Of a stretch of DNA of 32,000 nucleotides, positions 1 through 12,800 are shown one piece after another. The translations under genes were made by a program, and so were the position numbers. Position 1 is the stretch's first letter, and each line of letters begins with the position of its first letter. A model generated the notes under the pieces. That model did no database searches. It was given only the letters and a program-made list of their open reading frames with translations, and was not told the DNA's origin. This DNA is from Mycobacterium leprae TN (lineage in GTDB: Bacteria > Actinomycetota > Actinomycetes > Mycobacteriales > Mycobacteriaceae), in the NCBI RefSeq assembly GCF_000195855.1, contig NC_002677.1, positions 1,950,001 through 1,982,000 of the forward strand, read 5' to 3'.

Positions 1-1857
1 GCGATGTTGTACATGCTGTGCGCCGTTGCCCAGCCTAATTTCCACGTGGACCCCGTGGTCGGCCGAAAGTGCAACATTGTGGAGCGCAGTCGGATTCGCC
101 TGCGGCAGTGCATCACCCGCCATCACCATCGGGCAGCGATCGACCAAATCCTGAATCAGAGACACCGTCCAGCGCAGTCCACACCTTGGGGTCGATGGCC
201 TTCGAGTCCACCTCCATCAGCGCGTACTTTACCTAAAGTAATACTTGTCAATACGTTCTCGGATCGTTCAAGTCACCTCGAGTAGCCGCGATGGGAAACA
301 GCAAGTGGTAGTGGATCAGCGTGGCGAGCATCTCGACGTCTAAAGGCGAGGCCTCAAGTCGGGCGCCAATCTGTTGGATCAGTTCCCTGCCGACCAGACT
401 ATGATCAGTGACCCGGCCCTTGCCGATGTCATGCAGCAGCGCACCAAGCTCAAGCAGATCGAGTCGGCGCTACCTGGGTGGACAGCGGTGCTGCTTGGAC
501 AGTGGTCTCGACGGGGTTAACGGTCCACCATGCACGACGCCGCGGGGCGGAAGGTCGCTAATTGCACCCATTCTGGCAACAACCGGTCCCATACATAACC
601 CGGTGCTTGAACACTTCGATTGTCACCACGGCGATGAGGCCAGCGCTTAGCACTACCAAAAGATCAGCTAAAACCTCACGACGACCACGAAGTTTGCATC
701 TCAGCGGCATTGGTGGCCAAGCGACACTCAGCGTAGCATCGCTGATAAGTAATCCGATAGCGGCCGATGCAGCAGTGACACTACACTATCAGACCGAGGT
801 CGTTTTCCAGTTGGGTATCACGGACCAGCAGGATTTCACCGGCGAATTCGATGACGCCCCCGTCTAATGGTCGTCGCCAACGCGATATGCCACGCCGCAG
901 CAATGCGTTGACAGTGGTCCGCAGCCCAATTTCAATGTGATAAGCAATGGTGTGGCCGGCGTCCGACAGATCTAATCGGTCACCGATGCGCAAGACCGTA
1001 CTGATGTCGTCCACGTGCTAAGCCGGCAGCAAATCATGTCCACGACCAGATACCCGATGCAACTCGGTACGGACATTGAGCAGGGTGAGGCAGGCGGCGT
1101 CCAGCAAACCTACGGTCATGTCGGGTTGCTGTATGCCGTGGACGATCAATGAGTTGGGCGACGGCCAGCGCATCGAACAACTGAACGTCGCCAAGACCGC
1201 CACCACCCGATTTCAGGTCAGATTCAGCGCGCTCCGCTATCCGCAGGCAACGCTCCCAGCGGACATGCGCGATGTCGACCAGTTCGTCCATTCGGCAGCA
1301 AATCCCGCTGCGCCACTGCGATCGTACCCCGTAGAGCAGTTCGGCCGTTGACCCCGCAACACCGGTGATGTGGCGCGCTTCCAACATACCCAGGGCAGCA
1401 AGCATATTGGTGTTAGCTATGCCCCATGCCCCGAAGAAGGTTCACACGCTGTGGTCAAGCCGAACATCGGCGTTCCACAACGGATACCACAGCTGATCAG
1501 CGACCCGCTGTAGCATGTCAACAGACATGCTGTCGTGCAATAGCATAAGGTCCAGGTCAGAGTAGGATAGTAACTCGCGGCTGTCCAGTCAGCCAATTGC
1601 CACGATCGCGAAATCACCAGTATCGGTGATTCCGATCTCGACCGACTTGGCAATCAGCCAGGACTCGTGCAGATCCAGCCACGCGTGGCGCAGCTGCGCT
1701 GCGTCAAGTTGACGATTCCCTTCAGACAGCAACTTTGGACGCTCAACAGCAAAATCTCTTGCTAAGAAAGCCGATACAGAGAACCCGGACGGGTCGTGCT
1801 GACTGGGGTTTCATCCCCACCCGGCCCTACACGGTAGATAAGCACTGTGCAGCTAAC
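1..1857 (-). pseudogene. glnD: PII uridylyl/adenylyl-transferase GlnD, decayed. The 5' ~1.85 kb of the gene is in the window and the 3' part runs off the window start.
   Basis: Minus-strand fragments in different frames carry GlnD hallmarks. A nucleotidyltransferase region reads ...[11 protein letters not shown]...[16 protein letters not shown] (about 1440-1600). [18 protein letters not shown] lies in ORF 1034-1405. An HD-domain LLHDIGKG lies at about 425-445. The pieces are interrupted by stops (for example IG*LDSRELL) and frame changes, and no long ORF spans them. The position downstream of glnB matches the mycobacterial amt-glnB-glnD order. Confidence 0.8.
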
Positions 1858-2244
<387 letters not shown>

Positions 2245-2276
2245 TCAAGGTGTCCTCCACGTTAGATACTGGGAGG

Positions 2277-3310
2277 CTAGAACGACCCGCTGACTATCGC
2301 GAAACCGTAGCCGGGCTCAGCGTATTCGACTTCGTGGATGCTGACAACTTCTTTGTCAGCGCCCAGCCAGAACCCGATGGTGAATTTTAGGATCAGCGCC
2401 AAGATACGGGTAAAGACACCAGAGTAGAGCAGAACGCCGAAGGCGCCGATGGATTGCTGTTCCAGATCGGCGAAGCCGCCACCATAGAACAACCCCATTC
2501 GATACCTCCGCCACGCCCTTATGTGCTGGGCGGTTCCGGGGCTGCCAGCAAATCTGCCAACAACGTGCCTGCCAGACCACCAACCATGTGTACCCCGACC
2601 ATGTCGAGGGAATCGTCAAAACCGAGCCGGAACTTCAGCCCACATGCCAGTGCACACACCACACCGGCCACCAATGCACCCAGCACGTTGACCGACGAAC
2701 AAAGACAGGCGTGATGGCGACCAGTCCGGCGACAATTCTCGAGGCCGAGCCCAGCGTTGTTGCCTTGCCGCCGCGGATACGCTCGGGCGAACATCACCGC
2801 TGCTGTGGCGATCGGGAAGTATAAGAACGACGTTCATAGTCCGGCGAACAAAATCCAGGCATCGATCCGCATCCAGTCAGCTACGGCCCCAAGATTAGCG
2901 TGACCATGATGATCGCGAACATAAGCTGAAATGCCATAAATACGGTGGGCGGCATATGGTACCGGCCAACGGGATATTCACCAACGCAGTCTATGTGGCT
3001 CGGATCCGCCTCAGCGGCATTGACACCGATGAGACCCTTCAGGCCCCAGTATTAGGTCGGGTTGCCGGCGACGTTTCCGGACAGCATTGTCAAAAGCGAA
3101 CGAATAGCCGTAGAGCACTCACAGCACGGTCACCACGCCTATTCGTGCTTGTGCTCATCATGAATGTTGAGCACATCCTGGCACACACCATACCGCCACA
3201 AAAACGCTAAATCTGACGTCACCAACAGCACAAACGCAGGGTTTTACAATATCCAGGCGGTGTCACCGGTATTGGGCTGCCCCAGGACAAGGAATTGGCC
3301 CCACTCGCTA
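2277..3310 (-). pseudogene. amt: Ammonium transporter Amt, fragmented and shortened
   Basis: The N-terminus PNTGDTAWIL*..AFVLLVTSDLAFLWRYG (about 3190-3290) resembles the Amt N-terminal TM1 region but contains a stop. Mid and C-terminal pieces lie in ORFs 2519-2797 (LKFRLGFDDSLDMVGVHMVGGLAGTLL) and 2277-2498 (GLFYGGGFADLEQQSIGAFGVLLYSGVFTRILALILKFTIG). The pieces are in different frames. The total span of about 1 kb is shorter than the ~1.4 kb typical of Amt genes. Confidence 0.85.
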
Positions 3311-3447
3311 CCACCTTCGGTTGGCGGTTAACCCCAGGTGTCCGTCAGACTGGCCTAACAACCTGATCCAGAACCATGTGCAATGGTTGTTGCTGCGATG
3401 AGGCCGCCATGTTTAACGGGATTAACGTAGCCTGCGGCTGAAGAGTT

Positions 3448-4740
3448 TCACTCCAACAGGGCATCGACGAAAACGGCGGGTTCGAATGGCGCCAAGTCGT
3501 CGGGACCTTCACCCAGCCCGACCAGCTTCACCGGCACTCCAAGCTCACGTTGGATACGAAAAACAATGCCGCCCTTGGCCGTTCCATCTAGCTTGGTCAG
3601 CACGGCACCAGTGATGTCGACAACCTCGGCGAAGACCCGAACTTGCGTCAGCCCATTCTGACCGATGGTGGCATCAAGTACCAGTAACACCTCGTCAACT
3701 GCCGCGCGTCGAGTCACCACACGCTTGATTTTGTCGAGCTCGTCCATCAGCCCCACCTTGGTATGCAATCGCCCGGCGGTGTCGATGACCACAACATCAG
3801 CGCCCGCACCGATGCCTTTGTCGACGGCGTCGAACGCCACTGATGCCGGGTCAGCGCCTTCGACACCACGCACCAGCTCTGCACCCACCCGAGAAGCCCA
3901 GGTTTGCAGTTGGTCGGCGGCCGCTGCCCGAAACGTGTCCGCCGCGCCGAGGACAACGCGCCGGCCGTCGGCTACCAAAACCCGCGCCAACTTGCCGACC
4001 GTGGTGGTCTTGCCGGTGCCGTTGACACCGACGATCAGCAGCACTGCCGGATGGTCAGCGTGCGGTAGAGCTCGAATCGAGCGGTCCATATCGGGTTGCA
4101 GTTCACTGATCAATACGTCACGCAGCATGGTACGGGCGTCACTCTCGGTATGCACGTTGCTGTTGAGCAGCCTGCTGCGCAACGCAGACATCACCGACTC
4201 AGTGGCAACGGGGCCCAGATCAGCGACCAGCAAGGTATCCTCGAGCTCCTGCCAGGAGTCCTCATCCAGATCGCCGCCGACGATCAAGCCCAAGATGCTG
4301 CGTCCGAACGCATTTTGTGTCCTGGCGAGTCGCCCGCGCAGCCGATCCAATCGGCCTTCGGGTGGAACAATGGCATCAATGTGCGGGACCGCCGCCTCTG
4401 GCTCGTCAGGTGACGTAATGAGCTCAGATTCGGGAAGCAATACGTCCGAGATCGTGTGTCGCGGCGAGTCACGAGGCACGGTCGCGTCATCGCCCACCGC
4501 CGGCAGTTCTCCGGTGTCAATCCGGTCCGCGGGCTGAACGGGCAGTGCGGTTTGGCTGAATGTGATACCCGACGACGCAGTGTAGCTGCCGGAACGGTCG
4601 CTTGCACTTGGCCCAGAGCTCAAAGAGGAAAAGATCAAGCTAATCCGCCGCCGACGGTAACGCACCGAGCCCAGAATCAAGGCTGCGATGACAACCAGGA
4701 CGGCGGCGACAGCGGTGGCGATCCACAAACCTTCTGACAC
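3448..4740 (-). CDS. ftsY: Signal recognition particle receptor FtsY
   Basis: 430-aa ORF. It has an N-terminal hydrophobic anchor (LWIATAVAAVLVVIAALILG) and an acidic/Ser-rich linker. The SRP-GTPase motifs GVNGTGKTTT, DTAGR and TKLD are present, as is the C-terminal GEGPDDLAPF. Confidence 0.95.
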   Translation of the reverse strand: MSEGLWIATAVAAVLVVIAALILGSVRYRRRRISLIFSSLSSGPSASDRSGSYTASSGITFSQTALPVQPADRIDTGELPAVGDDATVPRDSPRHTISDVLLPESELITSPDEPEAAVPHIDAIVPPEGRLDRLRGRLARTQNAFGRSILGLIVGGDLDEDSWQELEDTLLVADLGPVATESVMSALRSRLLNSNVHTESDARTMLRDVLISELQPDMDRSIRALPHADHPAVLLIVGVNGTGKTTTVGKLARVLVADGRRVVLGAADTFRAAAADQLQTWASRVGAELVRGVEGADPASVAFDAVDKGIGAGADVVVIDTAGRLHTKVGLMDELDKIKRVVTRRAAVDEVLLVLDATIGQNGLTQVRVFAEVVDITGAVLTKLDGTAKGGIVFRIQRELGVPVKLVGLGEGPDDLAPFEPAVFVDALLE

Positions 4741-4853
4741 GTTGCCATTGTTTCAGGGGGTGACACCCGGCGAACAGTGAGGGCGGACCGGACTAAAACT
4801 GGATTACCCAGTTCGCCCCCTCACCGCTGGAGATACCCCCTCACGTTGCGACG

Positions 4854-7800
4854 CTACGAGGAACTGGTTACTAGCGACTCTACCTGCTGACCGCGCATCC
4901 GCTGTGAGATCACCGCAGTGATACCATCGCCCTGCATGGTCACGCCGTACAGTGTGTCAGCGACTTCCATCGTCGGTTTCTGGTGCGTAATGATTATAAG
5001 CTGCGACTGGCCACGCAGTTGCTCAAACACACCAATTAAGCGACACAGATTGACATCGTCGAGCGCAGCCTCCACCTCATCCATGATGTAGAACGGTGAC
5101 GGGCGAGCTTTAAAAATCGCCACCAACATAGCCACCGCAATCAGCGACTTCTCGCCACCGGACAGCAACGATAGCCGGCTAACCTTCTTGCCGGACGGAC
5201 GCGCCTCTACTTCTATGCCAGTGGTGAGCATGTCATCCGGATCGGTCAACCTTAGCCGACCTTCGCCACCGGGGAACAGTGAGGTAAAGACACCGCGGAA
5301 TTCACGCTCCACATCCACAAAGGCGTCGCTGAACACCTGCAGGATACGAGCATCGACTTCAGCGACAACGTCGAGCAGATCCTTGCGGGCACCCTTGACA
5401 TCCTCAAGTTGGGTAGACAAGAAGTTATAGCGTTCCTCTAGTGCAGCGAACTCCTCCAGCGCCAGCGGATTGACCCTGCCCAGCTCAGCTAGTTCACGCT
5501 CCGCACGTTTGGCCCGACGCTCCTGGGTAGCGCGGTCGTACGGCATCGGAGCAGGCGAAGTCACCTGTTCACCACGCTCCCGGGCCTGTTGGAATTCAGC
5601 CATTTCGAGCTCGGTCGGCAGTAGCGCAACCTGCGGACCGTACTCAGCGATTAAATCCACCGGCGCTATTCCGAACTGCTCCAGCACCAGCTGCTCGAGC
5701 TGCTCGATACGCAGCGCCGCCTGAACGTTAGCCACCTCGTCGCGGTGCAGCGAATCGGTTAGGGTGGCCAACCGAACCCTCAGAGTGTTTACCTCGTAGC
5801 GCACAGCCGCTATTGCAACCGATCGCTGCTGACGCTCGGTGGCCAGTGCATCGCGGTGTCGCGCCGCCAGGTCGACAGCCTGGGTCAACCGGGACGCCAG
5901 CAACTGACCGCAGTCGGTAACCGCAGCAGCTACCGCGGCCGCGCGTATTCGTGCGGCGTGCGCTTGCTGGTCCCGCAACCGCACCTCACGCTCAGCAGCG
6001 GCCGCGCGACGCAATGAATTCGCCCGCCCGCACACAGCATTGACGCGTTCTTCGGCAGTCCGAACCGCAAGTAGGGCTTCCACTTCGACGCCACGAGCCT
6101 CCTCGGCCGCGGCGACAATCAGCTGCCGGGCCGCTGCAGAATTCTCATCGAGAGCATGCACATGCTGGATCTGCTCGACGTTATGCAACCGGGTTTCTAG
6201 TTCGACAACCTCTTCGAGAATCGAAACACGCCTGGCTTCTAATTCCTCGCGCTGGGCTAGCAGACTTTCCCATTCTGCTTCGGCAGCGCGAACCTCCTGC
6301 CCGAGCCGCCCTAGCTGGTCATACATTGACAATATTGCAGTGTCGGATTCATTGAGTGCGACCAATGCCTGCTCAGTGGCATCGGAATGGGCAACCTGCT
6401 CGGACAGTGCACCGGACAACGCGGCATTCAGTTGCGCCATATGTGCCTCGGCAGCGGCTAGCTCGGCACCAGCCTTATCGATCTCCGAAGTGACCTCCAG
6501 TGTCGACAGTCTGCGGCCAGAACCACCGCTCACCCAGCCGGCGCCCACCAGATCACCATCAACGGTGACCACCCGCAACTGCGGACAGATATCGACCACG
6601 CCCAACGCTTCGGCGAGGTAGTTGACCACCACGACACCGTACAGCATAGCGATCAACGCGCCCTGCAGCCACGGCGGTGCCTCAATCAAATCGAGCGCAC
6701 GTTGAGCCCCATCGGGCAGCCCAGTAACGCAGGCCGGTCCCGCATCCGCCAGCCAGTCAGCCAAGACGAGGGTCGCGCGGCCTGCGTCGGCTTCCTTAAG
6801 CGCGGTGAGTGCGCTACGAGCCGCGCCCAAACTATCGACGGCCAGCGCATCTGCCGCGGGCCCGAGCACTGCAGCCAGCGCTGCCTCGTAGCCGGGGCGC
6901 ACCTTCACCAACTTGGCGATCGAACCTAAGAGCCCGGTGTCACTGTAATTGCGTGCCAGCCAAGCCGCGCCGTCCTTACGCTCGAGTCCCATCGTCAGCG
7001 CGTCAATACGAGCTCGCAGCGAAACCACCTGGCGTTCGGCGTCTCGCTCAGCGGACTGCAGTTCAGCCACGCGTTCGTTAGCGAACCGCAATGCCGCCAC
7101 GGCCCGTTCGTGCTGTTCGTCAAGGTGGACCTCGCTCTGATCCAGTTCACCGACGCGGCCCTGCACGGTTTCAAACTCCGCGAGAATCTGCTGGGTTCGT
7201 GCAGTAACCTCCTCGATGCGCTCGGACAACCGCGCGACGCTATCATCGATCGATTCGATACGCGCCCGCATAGTCTCCACCTGGCCGGCCAGCAGCGCCA
7301 ACCCCTCGCGCCGATCCGCCTCCGCACGGACCGCCTCCAGATGCGCTTTGTCGGCCTCAACGGCGTGGCGCTCGCGGTCGGCCAATTCGGCACGAGCGGC
7401 CTCCAATTGGGTACGTGCTACAGCCAGCTCCGCCAGCAGCTGCTGCTCGGCGACCTCCATCTGCTGGGCCTCGGCCTCCAACACGTCGGGGTCGGTGTCG
7501 CTCGGTGTGGCTGGATCGACATCAAGATGGTACGCGCGTTCGCCGGCGATCCGAATCGTTGCACTTACCCGCTCGACCAGGGTGGACAACCCGAACCAGA
7601 TCTGCTGGACCGACTCAGCCCGTCCCGAAAGCTCGGTAAGCGCAGCTTCATGCGCCGCCAGCTCTTCGGACGCTACCGCCAGCCGAGCAGCCGCCTCATC
7701 ATGATCACGGCGCATCATCGTCTCAGCCTCGACGATCGCATCTCGCTGCCCTTGTCGACTTACCAGATCATCTGCGGCCAATCGCAACCGAGCGTCGCGT

Positions 7801-8477
7801 AAATCGGCCTGAATAGTCGCGGCCCGTCGGGCCACTTCGGCTTGACGGCTCAACGGCTTGAGCTGACGTCGTAATTCCGTAGTCAAATCGGTGAGCCGGG
7901 CCAGATTCGCCGACATAGCATCGAGCTTTCGCAAAGCCTTTTCCTTGCGCCTACGATACTTAAGTATGCCTGCGGCTTCTTCGATGAAGGTCCGACGGTC
8001 CTCGGGCCGTGACTGCAGGATCTGATCGAGCTTACCCTGCCCGACAATCACATGCATCTCGCGGCCAATGCCGGAGTCGCTCAGCAATTCCTGGACATCC
8101 ATCAAACGGCAACTACTGCCGTTAATTTCGTATTCACTAGCACCGTCGCGAAACATCCGCCGCGTGATCGACACCTCGGAGTACTCGATCGGCAGCACGT
8201 TGTCGGAGTTGTCGATGATCAAAGTGACTTCTGCGCGACCCAACGGAGCGCGCGACAACGTGCCGGCGAAAATGACATCTTCCATTTTACTCCCACGCAG
8301 CGTCTTGGCTCCCTGCTCCCCCATTACCCACGCCAGAGCATCGACGACGTTGGACTTACCGGAGCCGTTAGGTCCAACGACAGCGGTAATGCCCGGCTCA
8401 AAACGTAAAGTCGTCGGCGACGCGAAGGACTTAAAGCCCTTCAACGTCAGACTCTTGAGGTACACGACCAGCCACAT
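4854..8477 (-). CDS. smc: Chromosome partition protein Smc
   Basis: 1207-aa ORF. It has Walker [10 protein letters not shown] near the N-terminus, long coiled-coil arms rich in A/E/R/L and a central hinge. The C-terminal signature LSGGEKSL and Walker [13 protein letters not shown] are present. The ATG at 8477 is the longest start. A GTG at 8465-8463 gives [14 protein letters not shown], the typical Smc N-terminus, and may be the true start. Confidence 0.95.
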   Translation of the reverse strand: MWLVVYLKSLTLKGFKSFASPTTLRFEPGITAVVGPNGSGKSNVVDALAWVMGEQGAKTLRGSKMEDVIFAGTLSRAPLGRAEVTLIIDNSDNVLPIEYSEVSITRRMFRDGASEYEINGSSCRLMDVQELLSDSGIGREMHVIVGQGKLDQILQSRPEDRRTFIEEAAGILKYRRRKEKALRKLDAMSANLARLTDLTTELRRQLKPLSRQAEVARRAATIQADLRDARLRLAADDLVSRQGQRDAIVEAETMMRRDHDEAAARLAVASEELAAHEAALTELSGRAESVQQIWFGLSTLVERVSATIRIAGERAYHLDVDPATPSDTDPDVLEAEAQQMEVAEQQLLAELAVARTQLEAARAELADRERHAVEADKAHLEAVRAEADRREGLALLAGQVETMRARIESIDDSVARLSERIEEVTARTQQILAEFETVQGRVGELDQSEVHLDEQHERAVAALRFANERVAELQSAERDAERQVVSLRARIDALTMGLERKDGAAWLARNYSDTGLLGSIAKLVKVRPGYEAALAAVLGPAADALAVDSLGAARSALTALKEADAGRATLVLADWLADAGPACVTGLPDGAQRALDLIEAPPWLQGALIAMLYGVVVVNYLAEALGVVDICPQLRVVTVDGDLVGAGWVSGGSGRRLSTLEVTSEIDKAGAELAAAEAHMAQLNAALSGALSEQVAHSDATEQALVALNESDTAILSMYDQLGRLGQEVRAAEAEWESLLAQREELEARRVSILEEVVELETRLHNVEQIQHVHALDENSAAARQLIVAAAEEARGVEVEALLAVRTAEERVNAVCGRANSLRRAAAAEREVRLRDQQAHAARIRAAAVAAAVTDCGQLLASRLTQAVDLAARHRDALATERQQRSVAIAAVRYEVNTLRVRLATLTDSLHRDEVANVQAALRIEQLEQLVLEQFGIAPVDLIAEYGPQVALLPTELEMAEFQQARERGEQVTSPAPMPYDRATQERRAKRAERELAELGRVNPLALEEFAALEERYNFLSTQLEDVKGARKDLLDVVAEVDARILQVFSDAFVDVEREFRGVFTSLFPGGEGRLRLTDPDDMLTTGIEVEARPSGKKVSRLSLLSGGEKSLIAVAMLVAIFKARPSPFYIMDEVEAALDDVNLCRLIGVFEQLRGQSQLIIITHQKPTMEVADTLYGVTMQGDGITAVISQRMRGQQVESLVTSSS

Positions 8478-8569
8478 TACCCGCGCGGCAGATCCGCGTT
8501 ACCCGGCTCTTCCCAGCATGTGGATAGGACCGAACTAGCGCTCGCTTAAGCAGCTGTCTTCGCGGATTG

Positions 8570-8815
8570 CTAGGACCAATCAACGATCACCTTGTCGACT
8601 GTGCCGTACGTAGTTTGGCTCTCCAGCACGGCACAGGCAACGTCTCGCACAGCTCCTGAACAACCACCAGCACGCAACCGTTCAACATAGCTGGTCGCGT
8701 TGATAGTGACGCGCAGCTCCAACACCCGGCAACGGGTACAACCCTTACAGGTCGAGCTCGAGGGTTTCTTGAAGCATCGAGGTCCTACCACGTGGTTGCC
8801 AACTTGGCCTGAGTG
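8570..8815 (-). pseudogene. acyP: Acylphosphatase remnant
   Basis: The C-terminal part in the ORF frame (...GAVRDVACAVLESQTTYGTVDKVIVDWS) and an upstream part in another frame (NGCVLVVVQ) both resemble the acylphosphatase fold sequence. An in-frame TAG follows ...AKLATTW. No start codon is visible before the RLEP junction. The position next to smc matches M. tuberculosis Rv2922A. Confidence 0.6.
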
Positions 8816-8829
8816 GCGTCAAAAATCGT

Positions 8830-9590
8830 GCGGTTCCCGGGCTCTGCTGTCTTGTGTCTGTGGCGGTGAGTTGTTCGGTTGGTTTCATAGGTGGTGGGTG
8901 AAATGGCTGTTTTTGCGTTTTATGACTGGCCGATATGTTCGGTAGTCGTGGGGGGCAGCCCGGAATCCTGTTGACGTGTTTTGCTGTGTTGCGGGGTTTT
9001 TGTTGGTGGGTGGCTGACTGCCTGCTTTCGATGAGGCTTCGTGTGCTTTGCCGCAGTGGACACGATTAGCGCGGCGCACGTAAGCATGTCGGTGGTGGAT
9101 GCTGCTTGGTCTACATGTTGATGATGCCAGGGGCTGGGCACCTGGGCTGTGCTGAAGGCGATATCGATGCAGGCGTGAGTGTGAGGATAGTTGTTAGCGC
9201 CGCGGGGTAGGGGCGTTTTAGTGTGCATGTCATGGCCTTGAGGTGTCGGCGTGGTCAATGTGGCCGCACCTGAACAGGCACGTCCCCGTGCACGGTATAA
9301 CTATTCGCACCTGATGTTATCCCTTGCACCATTTCTGCCGCTGGTATCGGTGTCGGCGGCTTGTTGACCGGCCCTCAGCCAGCAAGCAGGCATGCCGCCG
9401 GGTGCAGCAGTATCGTGTTAGTGAACAGTGCATCGATGATCCGGCCGTCGGCGGCACATACGGCAACCTTCTAGCGCAGATCAACCACCCACACCCCACC
9501 AGCCCACCACAACACCACCCAAACCAAACCAGCAAAAAATAACCACCAAATGACCATCACGACGACACCTTGAAGTCTAAACGGACAAGT
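8830..9590. repeat. RLEP dispersed repeat of Mycobacterium leprae (boundaries approximate)
   Basis: TGCATGTCATGGCCTTGAGG lies at 9224-9243 and the reverse complement of CACCGATACCAGCGGCAGAA at 9333-9352, a 129-bp span. The nested sites TGAGGTGTCGGCGTGGTC and the complement of CAGAAATGGTGCAAGGGA lie inside it. GCAGTATCGTGTTAGTGAA (9407-9425), TCGATGATCCGGCCGTCGGCG, and the complement of CGCTAGAAGGTTGCCGTATG ending at 9476 are also present. I recall these as published RLEP PCR/qPCR oligonucleotides. The tract has no convincing ORF and a strongly skewed composition. Confidence 0.9.
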
Positions 9591-9884
9591 TACTGGTTAC
9601 TGGCCGGGCGCGGCTTTACCCGATAGCAGCGGACGGCTGTCAACGCGATACTTCACGCCCCCATGGCCAAGACGGCTCACTGAGCAATGATTTCAGTCAC
9701 CGCCTAGAATCGCACTTCGCGCCTGGCAGATGAAATCATAGTCAGCTCGGGTAAGAACGATCGAGTCTATCCTAGACCCCAAACACCACACGATGTCGAT
9801 CACGCACTGAATGGTCGGCAGCACGAAAAGTAGCTCCTCTTCGCTTAAGAATTCGACGGCAGCCAACCGGAACAGATTCCTGCT

Positions 9885-12800
9885 TCAACTACCAAAAACC
9901 TTGCGCACAAATGTTTTTGCACGTCGCGTCACCCGCAGATAGTTGTCCAGGAATTCGCTGCCGTCATCGCTTGGCCAGCCGGCGGCGACGGCGACCGCGT
10001 TAAGCTGGCGTCCAGGCCCTGGCAGCTGGTCGGTGGTCTTACCCCGGACCAGCACCAGCGCATTGCGGGCTCGAGTAGCGGTCAGCCACGCCTGCCGCAG
10101 CAGGTCCACGTCTGCTTCGGGGATCAGGTTGGCAGCAGCTATGGCGTCTAGGGATTCCAACGTCGAAGTCTTGTGCAGAGCCGGCAGCTCGTGCGCATGC
10201 CGCAACTGCATCAACTGGACAGTCCATTCGATGTCGGCTAATCCCCCGCGGCCCAGCTTAGTGTGCGTGTGGGGGTCGGCACCGCGCGGTAAACGCTCGG
10301 CCTCGACGCGCGCCTTCATCCGACGAATCTCGCGCACCGCCTCGGCAGATACACCATCGGGTGGATAGCGCATTTTATCGGCCATCAGCAGGAACCGCTG
10401 GCCCAAATCCGCGTCGCCGGCAACCGCGTGTGCGCGGAGTAAGGCCTGAATCTCCCACGGCTGAGCCCACTGCGCATAGTAGGCGGCATAGGCACCCAAG
10501 GTACGAACCAGCGGTCCGTTGCGACCCTCGGGACGTAGATTGGCATCAACGTCCAACGGCGGGTCAACGCTGGGTGTCCTCAGCAGTCTGCAAACCCGTT
10601 CAGCGATCATCCCCGACCATCGCAACGCCTGCGCATCCTCGACCCCAATGGCCGGCTCGCAGACAAACATCACGTCGGCATCTGAACCGTATCCCAGTTC
10701 AGCACCGCCTAACCGGCCCATGCCGATGACCGCGATGGCCGCCGGCGCCTTGTCACCGTCAGGCAGGTAGGCCCGGATCACTGCGTCCAAAGCGGCCTGC
10801 AACACCGCCACCCACACCGACGTCAGTGCCTTACACACTTCGGTGACTTCCAACAAGCCCAGGAGGTCCGCGGACCCGACCCGGGCCAACTCACGACGCC
10901 GCAGACTACGCGCGGCGTCTATGGCCCGTATCGGGTCAGTGTGGCGGCCCGCCGAAGTGATCAGCGCGCGAGCCACCATGGCTGGCTCAGCCTCCAGCAG
11001 CTTCGGGCCCGCTAGCCCGTCTCCGTAAGACTGAATGACTTCGGGCGCACGCATCAACAAATCTGGCACATACACAGAGGTACCCAGCACATGCATCAGC
11101 CGCCTGGCCACTGCTGGCTTGTCACGCAACGTGGACAGGTACCAGGTCTCAGCCGACAGCGCCTCGGACAAGCGCCGATAAGCCAATAGCCCGCCGTCAG
11201 GGTCGGGCGCATACGACATCCAATTGAGCAACCGGGGCAACAACACCGACTGCACCCGCCCTCGCCGCCCACTCTGGTTGACCAGCGCCGATATGTGTTT
11301 CAACGCGGTCTGCGAGCCCTCATAGCCCAGTGTGGCCAGCTGCCGCTCGGCTGCCTCCGATGTCATGCCGTGACGAATCTCCAGGCTGGCCGGCCCGATC
11401 GACTCCAACAGCGGCTGATAAAAGAGCTTAGCATGCAGCTGTGATACCCGCAGGTTCTGGTTCTTGAGCTCCTCGCGCAGCACCCCCGCAGCGTCGTGCC
11501 GGCCGTCCGGACGGATGTGCGCCGCGCGGGCCAGCCAACGCACCGCCTCTTCATCGCCGTCCTCGGGCAGCAGGTGAGTGCGCTTGAGTCGCTGCAGCTG
11601 CAGTCGGTGCTCAAGCAGTCGCAGGAACTCATAGGAGGCGGTCAAGTTCGCAGCGTCCTCACGGCCGATATAGCCGCCCTCACCCAACGCCGCCAGCGCG
11701 TCTACCGTGGAAACCACATGCAGCGACTCGTCGCTGCGGCCGTGCACCAACTGCAGAAGCTGCACGGCAAACTCCACATCTCGCAAGCCGCCACTTCCGA
11801 GTTTGAGCTCGCGGCCGCGGACATCCGCAGGCACCAGCTGCTCCACGCGCCGCCGCATGGCCTGCACCTCGGCCACGAAATCCGCACGTTCGCAGGCGGC
11901 CCAGACCATCGGCATCAACGCGGCCAGGTAACGCTCACCCAGTTCCGCATCGCCAACCGCCGAGCGGGCTTTCAGCAACGCCTGAAACTCCCAGGTCTTC
12001 GCCCAGCGCTGGTAGTAGGCGATGTGCGACTCGACCGTACGTACCAGTTCACCGTTGCGGCCCTCCGGCCGCAACCCGGCGTCCACCTGGAAGAACGCCT
12101 CCGAAGCCACCCGCATCATCTCACTGGCCACGCGAGTGCTGAGCGGGTCAGCTTGCTCAGCGACAAAGATGATGTCGACGTCGCTGACGTAGTTCAGTTC
12201 GCGGGCACCCCATTTGCCCATAGCAATGACCGCCAGCCGCGGTGGCGTGCGATCACCACACACAATTTTTTCGGCCACACGTAGTGCAGTCGCCATCGCG
12301 GCGTCCGCAATATCAGCCAGCTGGGCAGCGACCAGGGTAAACGGCAGCACCGGCTCGTCTTCGACCGTTGCGGCCAGATCGAGCGCGGCCAACACCAGCA
12401 GCTGATCACAGTATAACGTGCGCAATCGAGGCAGTACCGAGTCTGGCGCATCCAAAGGGTCATCCCCAAAATTACTCACGCACTCGTCGAAAGCCTGGTG
12501 CAGCTGGGTACGGGACGGCAAGCTGACCCTGCCCCGCAACAGCTTCCAAGACTGCGGATGGGCGACCAAGTGATCGCCTAACGCCAACGACGAGCCCAGC
12601 ACGGCAAATAGCCGCCCACGCAGACCGCGATCGGTGAGCAAAGCGGCATTGAGCTCATCCCATCCGGTGGCCGGGTTCTCGAACAGCCGGACCATGGGGC
12701 GCAGCACAGCATCGGCGTCGGGTGCCCGCGACAGCGACCACAACAGGTCCACATGTTCTCGGCAATCGTAGTCATACCAGCCCAGTAGCGCGAGATTCTC

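Noticed and set aside
3665-4537. 290-aa Ser/Thr/Ala/Arg-rich ORF on the + strand
   Set aside because: It is antisense to ftsY, whose GTPase motifs identify the real frame. The composition is low-complexity, typical of mirror-frame translation.
6040-7802. Several 160-230-aa + strand ORFs (6040-6621, 7110-7802, 7216-7704)
   Set aside because: All lie inside the smc coiled-coil region on the opposite strand. The repetitive Ala/Glu/Arg/Leu codons of smc produce open antisense frames. No family similarity was seen.
8885-9542. Small ORFs inside RLEP (8920-9258 -, 8885-9079 -, 9317-9535 -, 9324-9542 +)
   Set aside because: Their products are His/Thr/Pro/Gln-rich or Cys/Gly/Trp-rich. This is low-complexity translation of the compositionally skewed repeat. 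RLEP is not known to encode a protein and I see no transposase-like motif.
11496-12284. 262-aa + strand ORF
   Set aside because: It is antisense to glnE. No motifs were seen, and the explanation is the same as above.
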